A stretch of 64,000 bases of DNA. Source: a virus. This document shows positions 46,001 to 55,212 of this stretch, piece by piece. The stretch spans positions 32,001-96,000 of IMG/VR virus record IMGVR_UViG_3300008255_000099; one strand, 5' to 3'. The translations under genes and the position numbers were made by a program. The stretch's first letter is position 1. Every line of letters begins with the position of its first letter. The notes below the pieces were generated by a model. It was given only the letters and a program-made list of their open reading frames with translations. It was not told the DNA's origin and ran no database searches.

Positions 46001-48625
46001 TTCTGGTTTAAATCCATCATCAATTAGATTGCTAACAACCTCTTGAACACCAGCAAGATGTTTTGTTAAATCGCTAACATGCTCCATATTAACATTTCTT
46101 CTCTTACCTATAAGATCCACAACAGTTGCTTCAAGAATTTTTTGAGCTAAATCCATCTTATTTAGTTCATCCAATCTTTGCATTAATTCAAATACAGATT
46201 GTTTGGTTTGTGCTTGTTCATCTCCAGCAGATGGAACTGGAACATCGGGGGCCATTCCTTCAACTCCCGGTGCTGTGCTACCATCTGCTCTTGAACTAAC
46301 AGGCTCAATATTCATAAATTGATCTGCTGGACTTTCCAAATCGTTTGTTGATAATGCCTGATTATTAAAATCGGGGATTGGTTCCTGAGACGATTTGAGC
46401 ATTTTAGATTTTGAGTTAGCTATTTTTTTAATGTCATCATTAATATTTATTACATCAATAATTACATTCCTAATTTCATCAACATCATTTATTTCAGGAT
46501 CATATAAAGCTTCTCTCGCTAAATTATTAATTTTTTCAGAAGTTTTAGATATTACACCAATTTTTTGAAGAATTTCTTCTGTGGGAAGAATCTCCTCAAC
46601 CTCACAAGCTTCAAAAGCTCCATCTGAAACTGCTGAAAGCTCTATGAATTTAACTCCATAGTTAATCTCATAAACTGGTGCGTCTTGAAATTTTTTGCCA
46701 TTGACAACCCCTGAAAATTTTCTGCCCTTGTGCTCTTTAACATGGGTACAATACTGATCTTCACTTTTTGCTTGATGACCACAAATTGAGCATTTTGAGA
46801 AGTCTACCGAGCAATTTTTTGTAGCACAATTTTCAACTATATAACTATGGCTATCATTTTCTGTTTCAAAGTTATAAACTATTCCCTCATAGTCATCTAA
46901 TTCTATGTTAGAAATTTTTCTTAATAAATAGTTCTCTATATCTCTGAAATATTTTTTGTTAGAAAAATTACCAACAAATCCTGTATATTCTGATATTAAA
47001 GAACAATAAGTTGAGGGAATAGATATTGTATAAAAAATCCTTTTACGATTTTCACCACGAAAACTATTTGGATATTCTTTACTATCTGAATATCTTACAA
47101 ATTTTCCTTCTATTCCGCTTGAGATAGTGTGATAAATACCACAAGAGTTTAGCATAAAATGTAATTGTTCTGCTAATTCTCTTGAAACTGTTACTCCTTG
47201 AAGTGTATCAGGATCTTTTCTGTTAACAAGAATTCTTATACAACCATCTCCATTTAGCCAAGCACCTATAATATGTTTTTTAATTTCAGAATTTGCAAAT
47301 AATAATTCATTTTTAAGTTTTTTATCACAGGAATATCCACCACAATTTACATATAAAAATTCTATTACTTCTTTCGATGAGGTATAAACATCGAAAGTAT
47401 TTTTATCTAATTTTTCTCTGGTACTACAATCAACATTAAATTGATTTTTTATAATATCAATAACTTCTTGTGCTAATGTGTTTTTTTCATCTAGTGCAAA
47501 TGTGAATACTGCTTGTGAAAGTTTATCTTTATACTTTGTGTAAGAACCTTCAGCTAGAAAATATCCTATTAATCTTGCAAGATCATTATTTATGTCAGAT
47601 TCTACTTGTTCTATCTCTTTTGGAAATAATAGGAAATCTCCTGGTTTCAATAATCTAGATTCTTTTTCATCTATTTCTATTTTACCTTTTAAATTTCGTA
47701 TTAATTTTGTTTTTAAAATTTCTTCATCAGAATATTCTGATATAGAATTATAAACATTTTGATGATGTCCGACTTTAAATCTTTTTTCATATTTCGTTGA
47801 TGGTTGATTAGAAACATTTTGGTCTAACTCTTCGCCACATCCACATAAACAATATTCTTGAACTTTTAAAGTTGGGAACTTATGATTTGGTGTACATTTA
47901 ATTGTTTCACCACCTTCAAGTTCTATTTTTAAAGTATCACCAATATAATATCTTCTTTGTCTATTAGTAATTTTTGAAAATTTTCCATCACCATCGACAA
48001 GGATATCTTCTATTTCTATGTCTTCAACATTTTTATATCCATTAGATGTTAAAATTCTTGTTCCGGGTAAAAAACATCCCATTGAAACATCATGAATATA
48101 TCCTTCTTTAACTCCTCTTGCTAAAGAAGGATAAGCTTCTGAGTCAATATAGAAAGTGCAGTAAACACACTTATCTTTATCGTCCCATTCTGCAAAAACA
48201 ACTTTTCCTTTAGCTTCCTCAATATTATCATTCTTATGATTTGTATAAATTGGAACGCCTTCAAAGGTTTTGAAGGCAGGAATTTTCCCCTTTTTTGGTC
48301 CAGCATCTACTTCTTCAAGTAATTGTTCTTCTTTGAACATATCTCCGTTTTCATTTGGAACGTTTGCATCAATAGATCTTGCCCTAACCCATAAAAATGA
48401 ATTAGGTCTTTTTTGCATTTCGTCTATTACAGGGGTGCCTTCATATCTTTTGATTAATTCTTCAACATCAACTTCCACATTGTTAGATGTAGATGTTGAT
48501 TTTGATATTTTAATCATTTTATTCTTTGAAGAATCTTCTTCAATGACACATACCACCTGCAATGGAATATTAGGTCCACGCTTAACTAACACAGGAGCCT
48601 CCTTGATTTTTAAAAAACTAACCAT
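43076..48625 (-). CDS. Prohead maturation protease with intein and very long C-terminal extension
   Basis: N-terminal NENGDMF, YTNH, DVSMG|CSV..SKCSICG, FIELSAV; DNTVHEQRLE repeats; C-terminal zinc ribbons. Confidence 0.75.
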   Translation of the reverse strand: MVSFLKIKEAPVLVKRGPNIPLQVVCVIEEDSSKNKMIKISKSTSTSNNVEVDVEELIKRYEGTPVIDEMQKRPNSFLWVRARSIDANVPNENGDMFKEEQLLEEVDAGPKKGKIPAFKTFEGVPIYTNHKNDNIEEAKGKVVFAEWDDKDKCVYCTFYIDSEAYPSLARGVKEGYIHDVSMGCFLPGTRILTSNGYKNVEDIEIEDILVDGDGKFSKITNRQRRYYIGDTLKIELEGGETIKCTPNHKFPTLKVQEYCLCGCGEELDQNVSNQPSTKYEKRFKVGHHQNVYNSISEYSDEEILKTKLIRNLKGKIEIDEKESRLLKPGDFLLFPKEIEQVESDINNDLARLIGYFLAEGSYTKYKDKLSQAVFTFALDEKNTLAQEVIDIIKNQFNVDCSTREKLDKNTFDVYTSSKEVIEFLYVNCGGYSCDKKLKNELLFANSEIKKHIIGAWLNGDGCIRILVNRKDPDTLQGVTVSRELAEQLHFMLNSCGIYHTISSGIEGKFVRYSDSKEYPNSFRGENRKRIFYTISIPSTYCSLISEYTGFVGNFSNKKYFRDIENYLLRKISNIELDDYEGIVYNFETENDSHSYIVENCATKNCSVDFSKCSICGHQAKSEDQYCTHVKEHKGRKFSGVVNGKKFQDAPVYEINYGVKFIELSAVSDGAFEACEVEEILPTEEILQKIGVISKTSEKINNLAREALYDPEINDVDEIRNVIIDVININDDIKKIANSKSKMLKSSQEPIPDFNNQALSTNDLESPADQFMNIEPVSSRADGSTAPGVEGMAPDVPVPSAGDEQAQTKQSVFELMQRLDELNKMDLAQKILEATVVDLIGKRRNVNMEHVSDLTKHLAGVQEVVSNLIDDGFKPEAFGTNIPIGLTQSPDQAGMTNGQQPPPQPQIQEYAPAGDVGLQMSASKNMDKTKIGGFEIFKKMKNKYSDKEKKDMDNFVKLSQIIKDQYTDQIVDKYEKEQGSFKVAISSRGEIKGYFKGSEIEWTPSISDEQLERLAEGEISSVTGELLGQLKMAEKEGTIKTAKREAEVPKRQTEVRFQDETEEYPTGRLGNPVYPEENYVGEARKEVDNTVHEQRLEDSRTGVDNTVHEQRLEKYNPKGELGRQGFEVDVQEHKLEDSRRGTDNTVHEQRLEAKRSGSSTAKEVVASLNNAIAKAIVDAAVSPMEIIESAIKLSSTEDLNEKISENTTPNLKKARRDWRERQSFNRSIGQKIASVSDKALEDYIVGSLADVASEEVMPIDLSEGIKLIASIDKDKYVKTIEKLAKELIVDNNISKDTILQRGNRTDDIKKAFVGSLDPGKEEKLSSEHLKHSVVALADTVFDTESTAQDILEVVASLKTEDLSREIESARTEDATNKRVAIKERASFWNIKLAEITDKQSVIENLVGNIADVANQNDISSPTIAKAVECLSAYPATSKKLISDATKAKINFIKNAATITDRSDREFRVSFNLNECGCRKDDSELESKVKPYVIQLFANRGYELSDPDSLTFTELNISENGDVCGVIKSSITRTLQSDPAPEEGVALGVVADNKIDIFSDGMLKKRSSSRRDLLKAAQAMPGAMQGAAPMGGDPMAAGPGADPAAGALGGDGLSAITGGGGGEPVGEEGQVSPEESLPTPGEIAPPGSICPACGSTDVDLAEGHGQCNSCSTEFEYTFDIKIINPENFESGGNSMSEEEVPEEGLGLGEELNPGAEPGGAEMGAQAPGAAAGGMGGGLPGAGGPGGAPLPGLAKSERRTVLAGENPLAVKISWVTNPDDFIKTAMNYGEKTQPGKPMSVGHVCPYCGERHKLRRVAGKDKTKIYCNSCFNVAVAKTKAEDGKVISEIIALY
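46814..48076 (-). other. Intein with LAGLIDADG endonuclease (421 aa)
   Basis: Starts CFLPGT, ends CATKN|C; LIGYFLAEG and IGAWLNGDG. Confidence 0.9.
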
Positions 48626-48761
48626 GCATGGGTTATTAAAGTTCTTTGGTTTTAGATATTCACAAGTAAAAATTAAAAATCCTGCAAATTGTCTAAATTA
48701 ATTATATCAGAACAGGATTTCTATGAGAGAATACGAATTGAATAATTAATTTGGATGTTTA

Positions 48762-49227
48762 ATGAAAAATAAAGAATTACAACAACTAGAATATTTTGAC
48801 ATCTTTGAAAAGAGAGGATTCCACAAACAAGCAGAAAAAATTCTTGTAGAATCCTCTTTTTTGATTTGTGTTGCCCAGAAAAGATAATCGTAACACACTA
48901 TTTGGAATGAATGAAAGATGGCCATATTTCTTTGCTAAACATTTCCCAATTTTGAAAAACTATTTATCAGAAAAAGATTTAAATGAAATTTTAGATGAAA
49001 TTTTTGAAAGATTTATCAAAAAAGATAAAGTTTGGCAACATCCTAGTTTTGAAAAAATTCCTAAAGAAATTTGGGCAGAAAGATGGATGAGATATCTTAC
49101 AAAAAACATCAAAAAATTCCCAAGACATGATCGTTATATTAGAGGTGTTTTAACAGAGGAACAATATAATTATTTAAGAAAACTTTTCCTAGAAAGACAC
49201 GAATCAAATAAGACTTTCTTCTTCTAA
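48762..49227 (+). pseudogene. Hypothetical gene with apparent homopolymer frameshift
   Basis: ATG 48762 reads to CVAQKR*; continues in another frame KDNRNTLFGMNERW... Confidence 0.45.
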
Positions 49228-49818
49228 TTCCAAACCTTCATTGGGGAGTGGGACATTTGCTTGATCTTCTGGCATTTCAATCGGTTGTTGAATTTCTCTA
49301 TATTTTTCTGGAAATTGTTCATCAAGATCTGTAGTTATCTGATCAAATTCTTCATCGGATCTTTCTGAAACATCTTCCCACATTTTGTTTAATTGATCGT
49401 TGTAATCAAGATTTTGCAAAATTCCTTCTGGGACAAAACCATCTCTTTTTCTAATTGTTTCTACAATTCCATCTTGATAGATCTTCTGCATTTGTCTTTT
49501 TCTTCTCTCTATCCCAGATTTTCTGTAGTTAATTACGGTTTGAAATCCGCCTCCCCCACCGGGGCCAACACCATATGGTGAAAGTCTTGAATATCCACCT
49601 TTATGATTTTTTTTGAAGACTGTGTTAAAGAAGGTCCCAAGAAATCCAGGTGGATTTTGAAAAAGTTGTGTCCAAATAGGATCAACATGAAAATAGACAT
49701 ATGCCACATCTTCTCGAATAAATACCACAAAAAGAGATAAATTTTCATCATCATACCACATCAAATTAGACATTGTACTTGGTGGTGTTTTAACTATCCA
49801 TCCTGATGTTTTTTCCAA
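49204..49818 (-). CDS. KTSC-like domain protein
   Basis: WYDDENLSLFVVF...YVYFHVD...LGTFFNTVFK pattern. Confidence 0.5.
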   Translation of the reverse strand: MEKTSGWIVKTPPSTMSNLMWYDDENLSLFVVFIREDVAYVYFHVDPIWTQLFQNPPGFLGTFFNTVFKKNHKGGYSRLSPYGVGPGGGGGFQTVINYRKSGIERRKRQMQKIYQDGIVETIRKRDGFVPEGILQNLDYNDQLNKMWEDVSERSDEEFDQITTDLDEQFPEKYREIQQPIEMPEDQANVPLPNEGLELEEESLI

Positions 49819-49831
49819 TTTAAATCTCCAT

Positions 49832-52800
49832 TTATGAATTATATCTTGAATTTACAACTTCTTTTATAACCTCAATAACTTTATCAAGTTTTTGTTCAAC
49901 TTCTTTTTCTGTAAATCTTAAAACAATCCATCCTAACTCTGACAACACAGAATCTCGTTCTTTATCTTTAGCTATTTTTTCTGGATCGCTATGCCAAGTT
50001 TCACCATCTGCTTCAACTGCTACTTTAATTGTCGGGAAAGAACCATCAACACGATATTTCGGATTGCCACCAACTAAATATTGTGCAAAGAAGGGGACTT
50101 CAAGTTGTAGCTCGGCTATCCCTTTATAAAGTTGTTCTTCAATTCTTGTAAAGAATGTTTTTTTAGTATTATCTTGTTTTTTAGCAGATTGTTTGAAAAG
50201 TAATAATCTTTCTTTAAATTCATCGTCTAAATATTCTAAACACTCTTGTGAGGCAGTTGTCAAGAATCTATTCATTGATAAACCATTCGACAAAGGAAGA
50301 TCTTCTTGATCTAAATCAAAATAATTAAGATTAGATTCTTCTGGCATCTTTCCTCTAAAAGAGTTGCCAAAAATTTCATTCTCATGATTATTTTTATTAT
50401 ATTCAGCTAATTTTTCATTTAATTTATTAACAGCATATTTGTAATTTTGTTTCATAAAGGATGCTGCTAAAGGAGTCCCCATACCCATTTCTCCTCCACC
50501 TGGACCACCAGTCGGAGGCATTGGAACACCAGAAGCTTGACCACCACCTAAACCGCCACCAAGATCGGCTCCTTCTTCTGGTGGAATTCCCATTTGTGAC
50601 ATTCCGCCTGCACCACCGCCACCTAAATCTTCTCCTTCTGAAACACCCAACCCAAGATCGGGGCTTAACATCATTGAAGTAGCTTCTTCCTGTCTTATTT
50701 GTTCTACTTCCACGTCATAATCTAATCCTAGTTCTGTTAACAATGTCCGAAGGGAAATTTCGCCACGAGCACGGCACACCATCATATTAGAAATTCTTGC
50801 ATTATCATCTTTCAATGCTAAATCATGGAATTTTACTTTAGGATAAATCAAAGTTGTTGCTCCACGAGGATCTGTTGTTGTTAAGTTGTTAAATTCAGCT
50901 ATTGGTTTAAATATTTTTTGTTCAATAAATTCTGCTATTTCATTTCTGAAAGTGTTCAGTTTTGCAGCAAGAGCATCAAGGCCAACTTGAGCAGATGCGT
51001 AATTAGGTCCTTCACCGTGAAGTAGAGATTTGTTTAATTGAAGACCAGTTTGAAGATCTTCATTAATTAATTCATATTCATTGGTCAACTGAAGAACTTT
51101 TCCGGCTGCACCAATCCATTCGTAATCAAAACTATGGTGAGTTACAATTGTTTGTAGAGGGTCATTTTGGACAGAACTTAATTGTTCTAGAACATTCTGG
51201 ATGTCCTCGTCATTTGCGGGTCGGTTATCAGAACCTATTTTTACCACTTTAACAGGAAGGATATGTCTTTCTGCTGTTAACCATTGCGCTTGTCTTAATT
51301 TATCACGATAAGCCAAAGTTGGGAAAAGTCTTCTAACCAGAGAAATTCCATATGTTCTATAAGCAGAAGCCCCGAACTTTAGATGATGTGTTGAAAGATT
51401 ACTTAATTTAATAGGCTGTTTAGATTTTATCATCTCTCTAACTAATGGCGGAATATTTTGATAGATTGATTCTGGTTTTCCTTTGATGCAAACTTCAATT
51501 AATTGATCTGGTGGAACCCATTGAATCTCTGGGTCTCCCCCAAGAAAAGAAGGAGATACTTCCACTGTGTTAGGATCTAAAATATTTAATCCACCCCAAG
51601 TAGCTCCATAATGATTGCAAGCTGCACCTGTCTTTTTATCTATTCCCGTGCCGGAACATTGTTCACATTGAAGTTCAAGAAAAATAAAAACATCACCAAA
51701 AAGAAAATATTCATGTGCTATTTTTGTTAGCCATTTATTTAACTCAAGTTTTGAACATTCTTTTTCAAATACTTCTTTTATTTCACCATCTGAGCACTCT
51801 AAATCAAAACCATTCATTGAAAAATAAGCATAAAAGTCAATACCTGTAGCAACTATCGGCTCATTCTCAAACCAATACGAGCTATTGGAAACTGTTGAAA
51901 AATTAGCTAAATATTGATGACAATTTGTTTCATCATCGACATGAAAATCATAAACCAACCCTTCATACCATTCCTCTGAAATATCTTTAATTCGTGAAAA
52001 AACTTTATTTTCAGTTTGAAAGAATTGTGTGTTGAACTTAAGAATCTCTATTTGTTCTGTTTTGTAGTTTTCAATCGGAGACCATTCTTTTATTAAGTTA
52101 GAATTTAATTTATCCACCCACAGTGAGTAATATTTTCCTTCTTCTTTTTGATCTTTTGTGTCATTCCCTTGCCTTGATGGGATTCCCAAACCGAAAAGGA
52201 TAAATCTAATTTGTGATAGTAGATTATAGTTGATACTGGTTAATTTTATTTCTCCTTTTCCACGAAATTCTTTATTAACACTATGTCCATCACCGAGGTA
52301 ATATCCTATAATTAATTGTTTCAGCAATTCTTTGTTTTGGTTTAGAATAATTTCTGAAAGGACCTTCTCGTATGAATATCTACCACACAGATCTAAAATT
52401 TTTGATGCTAGTTCTTTAGAATAAATTTCAACACAAAGAACTGATGGCTTATTTATAACTTTTGCATCATAGTTAAATTCTTTTTTAATTATTTCACAAC
52501 AATCTTTGACAAGTGTTTCTTTTTCACTTTCTCCAAAAGAAAATGTTAGATAACTTGGTTGGTTATTTCTAAAAATAACTGAACCTTCTGCAAGATAATA
52601 TCCTAAAAATCTCATAAATTCAGGTGAGAAATCTTCTCGTGTCCCTTTTAGGACATTTGTTGGTGAATACAAAAAATCACCTTCTTCTAGTTCTCCTGCG
52701 TGGCAGTCTTTTATTTCTATTCTATCTTCTAATGTCGTATGATCGTCGCATTTTTTTGATGAGCAGGCATATTTTTCACGGCAGAATCTAAATGTAGATT

Positions 52801-53305
52801 TAAAATATTTGCAAGAGAATTCATCTTCTGGGGCGTAATAAAATTTATGTTCTGGGGTAGCTTTGATGTAGTCCACGGAGCCAATTGTTTGAATTTTTTT
52901 AAGATAACCAGAGAATTGTTTTTTATTAACATATTTAACTGTTCCTTCTGTTCCAGAACCTGTTAAAACTTTATCTCCTTGTTTAATTTCGGAGATTGGT
53001 TTTTGTGTAAAATCAAACATTGTGATTAATGTATCAGGATGTAAGCACCATGCATAAACTTCTTTTCGGTTGGTTGGGATTTGCCAAGCGGACGGTGTGT
53101 GATAGGGAGAATAAAAGCTTGGGGCAGTTGTAATAACACTATTTCCAGTAGCTTGTGCTGTAGAAACAAGACCATTGCTTTTTACATATCTGGTAACTCC
53201 ATCCATACTAAAACTTGGAGGATTAACAGGGAACGTAGCTGTATCTGGATAATTCCTTAAATTTTGATCAAACTGTTTGTAACCTTTTCTCTTAAACTTC
53301 GCCAT
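49832..53305 (-). CDS. Portal protein with intein and C-terminal DUF559/Vsr-like domain
   Basis: Portal-like motifs (EPIVATGIDFY, HEYFLFGDVF, YGISLVRR, FHDLAL); C-terminal RVDG..KVAVEADGETWH..DKERD..L..LGWIVLRF. Confidence 0.8.
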   Translation of the reverse strand: MAKFKRKGYKQFDQNLRNYPDTATFPVNPPSFSMDGVTRYVKSNGLVSTAQATGNSVITTAPSFYSPYHTPSAWQIPTNRKEVYAWCLHPDTLITMFDFTQKPISEIKQGDKVLTGSGTEGTVKYVNKKQFSGYLKKIQTIGSVDYIKATPEHKFYYAPEDEFSCKYFKSTFRFCREKYACSSKKCDDHTTLEDRIEIKDCHAGELEEGDFLYSPTNVLKGTREDFSPEFMRFLGYYLAEGSVIFRNNQPSYLTFSFGESEKETLVKDCCEIIKKEFNYDAKVINKPSVLCVEIYSKELASKILDLCGRYSYEKVLSEIILNQNKELLKQLIIGYYLGDGHSVNKEFRGKGEIKLTSINYNLLSQIRFILFGLGIPSRQGNDTKDQKEEGKYYSLWVDKLNSNLIKEWSPIENYKTEQIEILKFNTQFFQTENKVFSRIKDISEEWYEGLVYDFHVDDETNCHQYLANFSTVSNSSYWFENEPIVATGIDFYAYFSMNGFDLECSDGEIKEVFEKECSKLELNKWLTKIAHEYFLFGDVFIFLELQCEQCSGTGIDKKTGAACNHYGATWGGLNILDPNTVEVSPSFLGGDPEIQWVPPDQLIEVCIKGKPESIYQNIPPLVREMIKSKQPIKLSNLSTHHLKFGASAYRTYGISLVRRLFPTLAYRDKLRQAQWLTAERHILPVKVVKIGSDNRPANDEDIQNVLEQLSSVQNDPLQTIVTHHSFDYEWIGAAGKVLQLTNEYELINEDLQTGLQLNKSLLHGEGPNYASAQVGLDALAAKLNTFRNEIAEFIEQKIFKPIAEFNNLTTTDPRGATTLIYPKVKFHDLALKDDNARISNMMVCRARGEISLRTLLTELGLDYDVEVEQIRQEEATSMMLSPDLGLGVSEGEDLGGGGAGGMSQMGIPPEEGADLGGGLGGGQASGVPMPPTGGPGGGEMGMGTPLAASFMKQNYKYAVNKLNEKLAEYNKNNHENEIFGNSFRGKMPEESNLNYFDLDQEDLPLSNGLSMNRFLTTASQECLEYLDDEFKERLLLFKQSAKKQDNTKKTFFTRIEEQLYKGIAELQLEVPFFAQYLVGGNPKYRVDGSFPTIKVAVEADGETWHSDPEKIAKDKERDSVLSELGWIVLRFTEKEVEQKLDKVIEVIKEVVNSRYNS
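51884..53047 (-). other. Intein with LAGLIDADG endonuclease (388 aa)
   Basis: Starts CLHPDT, ends STVSN|S; FLGYYLAEG and IIGYYLGDG. Confidence 0.9.
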
Positions 53306-53369
53306 AAAAACACCGCCTATCTAATATTATACAAACTTATTTTTTAAAATGTTTTAAAAACATTTTTAA

Positions 53370-55199
53370 TTAAAAGGCCCATGCGTTTTTATCATCATTT
53401 ATAATATTTCTTATTTTTTCTAAAACTTTGTCATTAGCATTAGGGGCATTCATGTCTAATTGGCTATTAATCCCTGGTGCTGGCCCTCTAACTCCTGGAC
53501 CCATTTTTATAATTGGCGCTTCATCAACTTGTGCCATTGGTAATTGTTCTTCCTCTCTTGACAAAAGGTCCCCTCCCATTGGATCAAAATCTTGAGCAAA
53601 AAGATTTTTTGCTCGTTCTTTATCTAATGCCGTTAAAGATGCTTCAGTCCCTAAAAGTTGTGGCCTTTCAGAATTTAATCCTAATTGATCTACAATTCTA
53701 TCAATTTGTCTAGTTATTTCATCAAATCTATCATCATTTTCTCTTTCAAGATCATCTTCGTCCACATCTTCATCAGAAGATGATGTGAAAGGATCTTTAA
53801 GGATGCCACCACCAAAAGATGATGTTTTAGAAAGATTAGATTTATCTCTCCATTTTTCCAACATAGAGTCATAGACTTCTGTTTTATCAGGATTCCGATC
53901 TAAATCATCTTCCATTGTTCTTTCTGTTGTTTTTAAATCTTTTTGATCAGAGTGCTTATGTTTAGCTGCTCTTGATTCATAGTTTTGAGTCCATAGATCC
54001 TCCGGTGAATCGTTCTTTAATAATTTTTCTATATTACTTTTTTCATCAACTTCACGTCTTGCTGTTTTTCCTTCTGCAAGCTCACCAAGGAGAGTCTCTA
54101 TGCTTCTCTTTGGATCATATTTTGTGTCATTAACATTAGCTTGTTTCATTCTTCCTTCCAAACCTACACATTCTGGACTAAGTTCATTATATCTCTTATC
54201 ATCGGGAATTCTATAAGCTCTTTCTTCATTTAATGGATTTCTTTGTTCTTCAAGTCTTGACATAGCTTTATGATGGCTTTCGCCAACATTTTTTAACCAT
54301 TTTTCATAATTAGTTGGGATTGGTCCGGCAACACGTCTTTTATCATCTGTGTTTAATTTATCCATATCACCAATCATATAATAGGCTTCTTTTTTCATTT
54401 TATCTAAATGCCCAGAAGCTTTTGATAATCCAGAATCAGATATATCAACAAAAGCCTCAACAACTAAATTATTCATTTTTTCTGGAAGTTCAGAATATTT
54501 ACTTGGATCTAAAAGAAGCAAGATCTGTGTTTGATCTACTTTTTCAGAAGAATTCAGAATTTTATCAGCAACAACTAAATCTGCTGCTAATTTTATTATT
54601 TGATCTTTTTTAGCTTCGTGCCACATTTCTCCACCTTTTATTGTTGTTTGATTTTTAACTACTTTATCTGGTAATAAAGAATTATCATCAATTTCGCAAT
54701 CAAGACAACAGTCTCCTTCATTTATATCTTCAAGCGGCATTGGTTCTTCTGATTCACATGGGGTATCACTAAAATATTTTTCATGTTCAAACAAATCGAA
54801 TGGAGAACTTCCAATAAAACTATTTATAATATCAGTCATATGAGTTAATATCTGATTATTATTATGATATGGATTTTGTCCACCAAAATTTGGTATTAAA
54901 TCTTCACATTCTTCATCACAATCTCCAATCTCAATAATTGGATCCGTTGTTCTTTTAGTAATTGTTATAATAGCATCGACACCATCTCTTAATGGTTGGA
55001 GTTTAGCATCTGTTTCATCATTAATTTTAGCACCGCAAGAATCACTTAAATGATCCCTAGATAATTGACCAGAAATATTCTCAAGCAAATTACTAGAACT
55101 ATTTTTAATCAATCCCTTAACTTCATTTAATGATTTAACTAAATCACTTTTTGATGAATAGAGCTTATTTTTTTTAACTAAATTATTATAATTAAACAT
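53370..55199 (-). CDS. Hypothetical head-module protein
   Basis: Long ORF; start MFNYNN at 55199. Confidence 0.6.
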   Translation of the reverse strand: MFNYNNLVKKNKLYSSKSDLVKSLNEVKGLIKNSSSNLLENISGQLSRDHLSDSCGAKINDETDAKLQPLRDGVDAIITITKRTTDPIIEIGDCDEECEDLIPNFGGQNPYHNNNQILTHMTDIINSFIGSSPFDLFEHEKYFSDTPCESEEPMPLEDINEGDCCLDCEIDDNSLLPDKVVKNQTTIKGGEMWHEAKKDQIIKLAADLVVADKILNSSEKVDQTQILLLLDPSKYSELPEKMNNLVVEAFVDISDSGLSKASGHLDKMKKEAYYMIGDMDKLNTDDKRRVAGPIPTNYEKWLKNVGESHHKAMSRLEEQRNPLNEERAYRIPDDKRYNELSPECVGLEGRMKQANVNDTKYDPKRSIETLLGELAEGKTARREVDEKSNIEKLLKNDSPEDLWTQNYESRAAKHKHSDQKDLKTTERTMEDDLDRNPDKTEVYDSMLEKWRDKSNLSKTSSFGGGILKDPFTSSSDEDVDEDDLERENDDRFDEITRQIDRIVDQLGLNSERPQLLGTEASLTALDKERAKNLFAQDFDPMGGDLLSREEEQLPMAQVDEAPIIKMGPGVRGPAPGINSQLDMNAPNANDKVLEKIRNIINDDKNAWAF

Positions 55200-55212
55200 T
55201 TTATTTCCCCAA

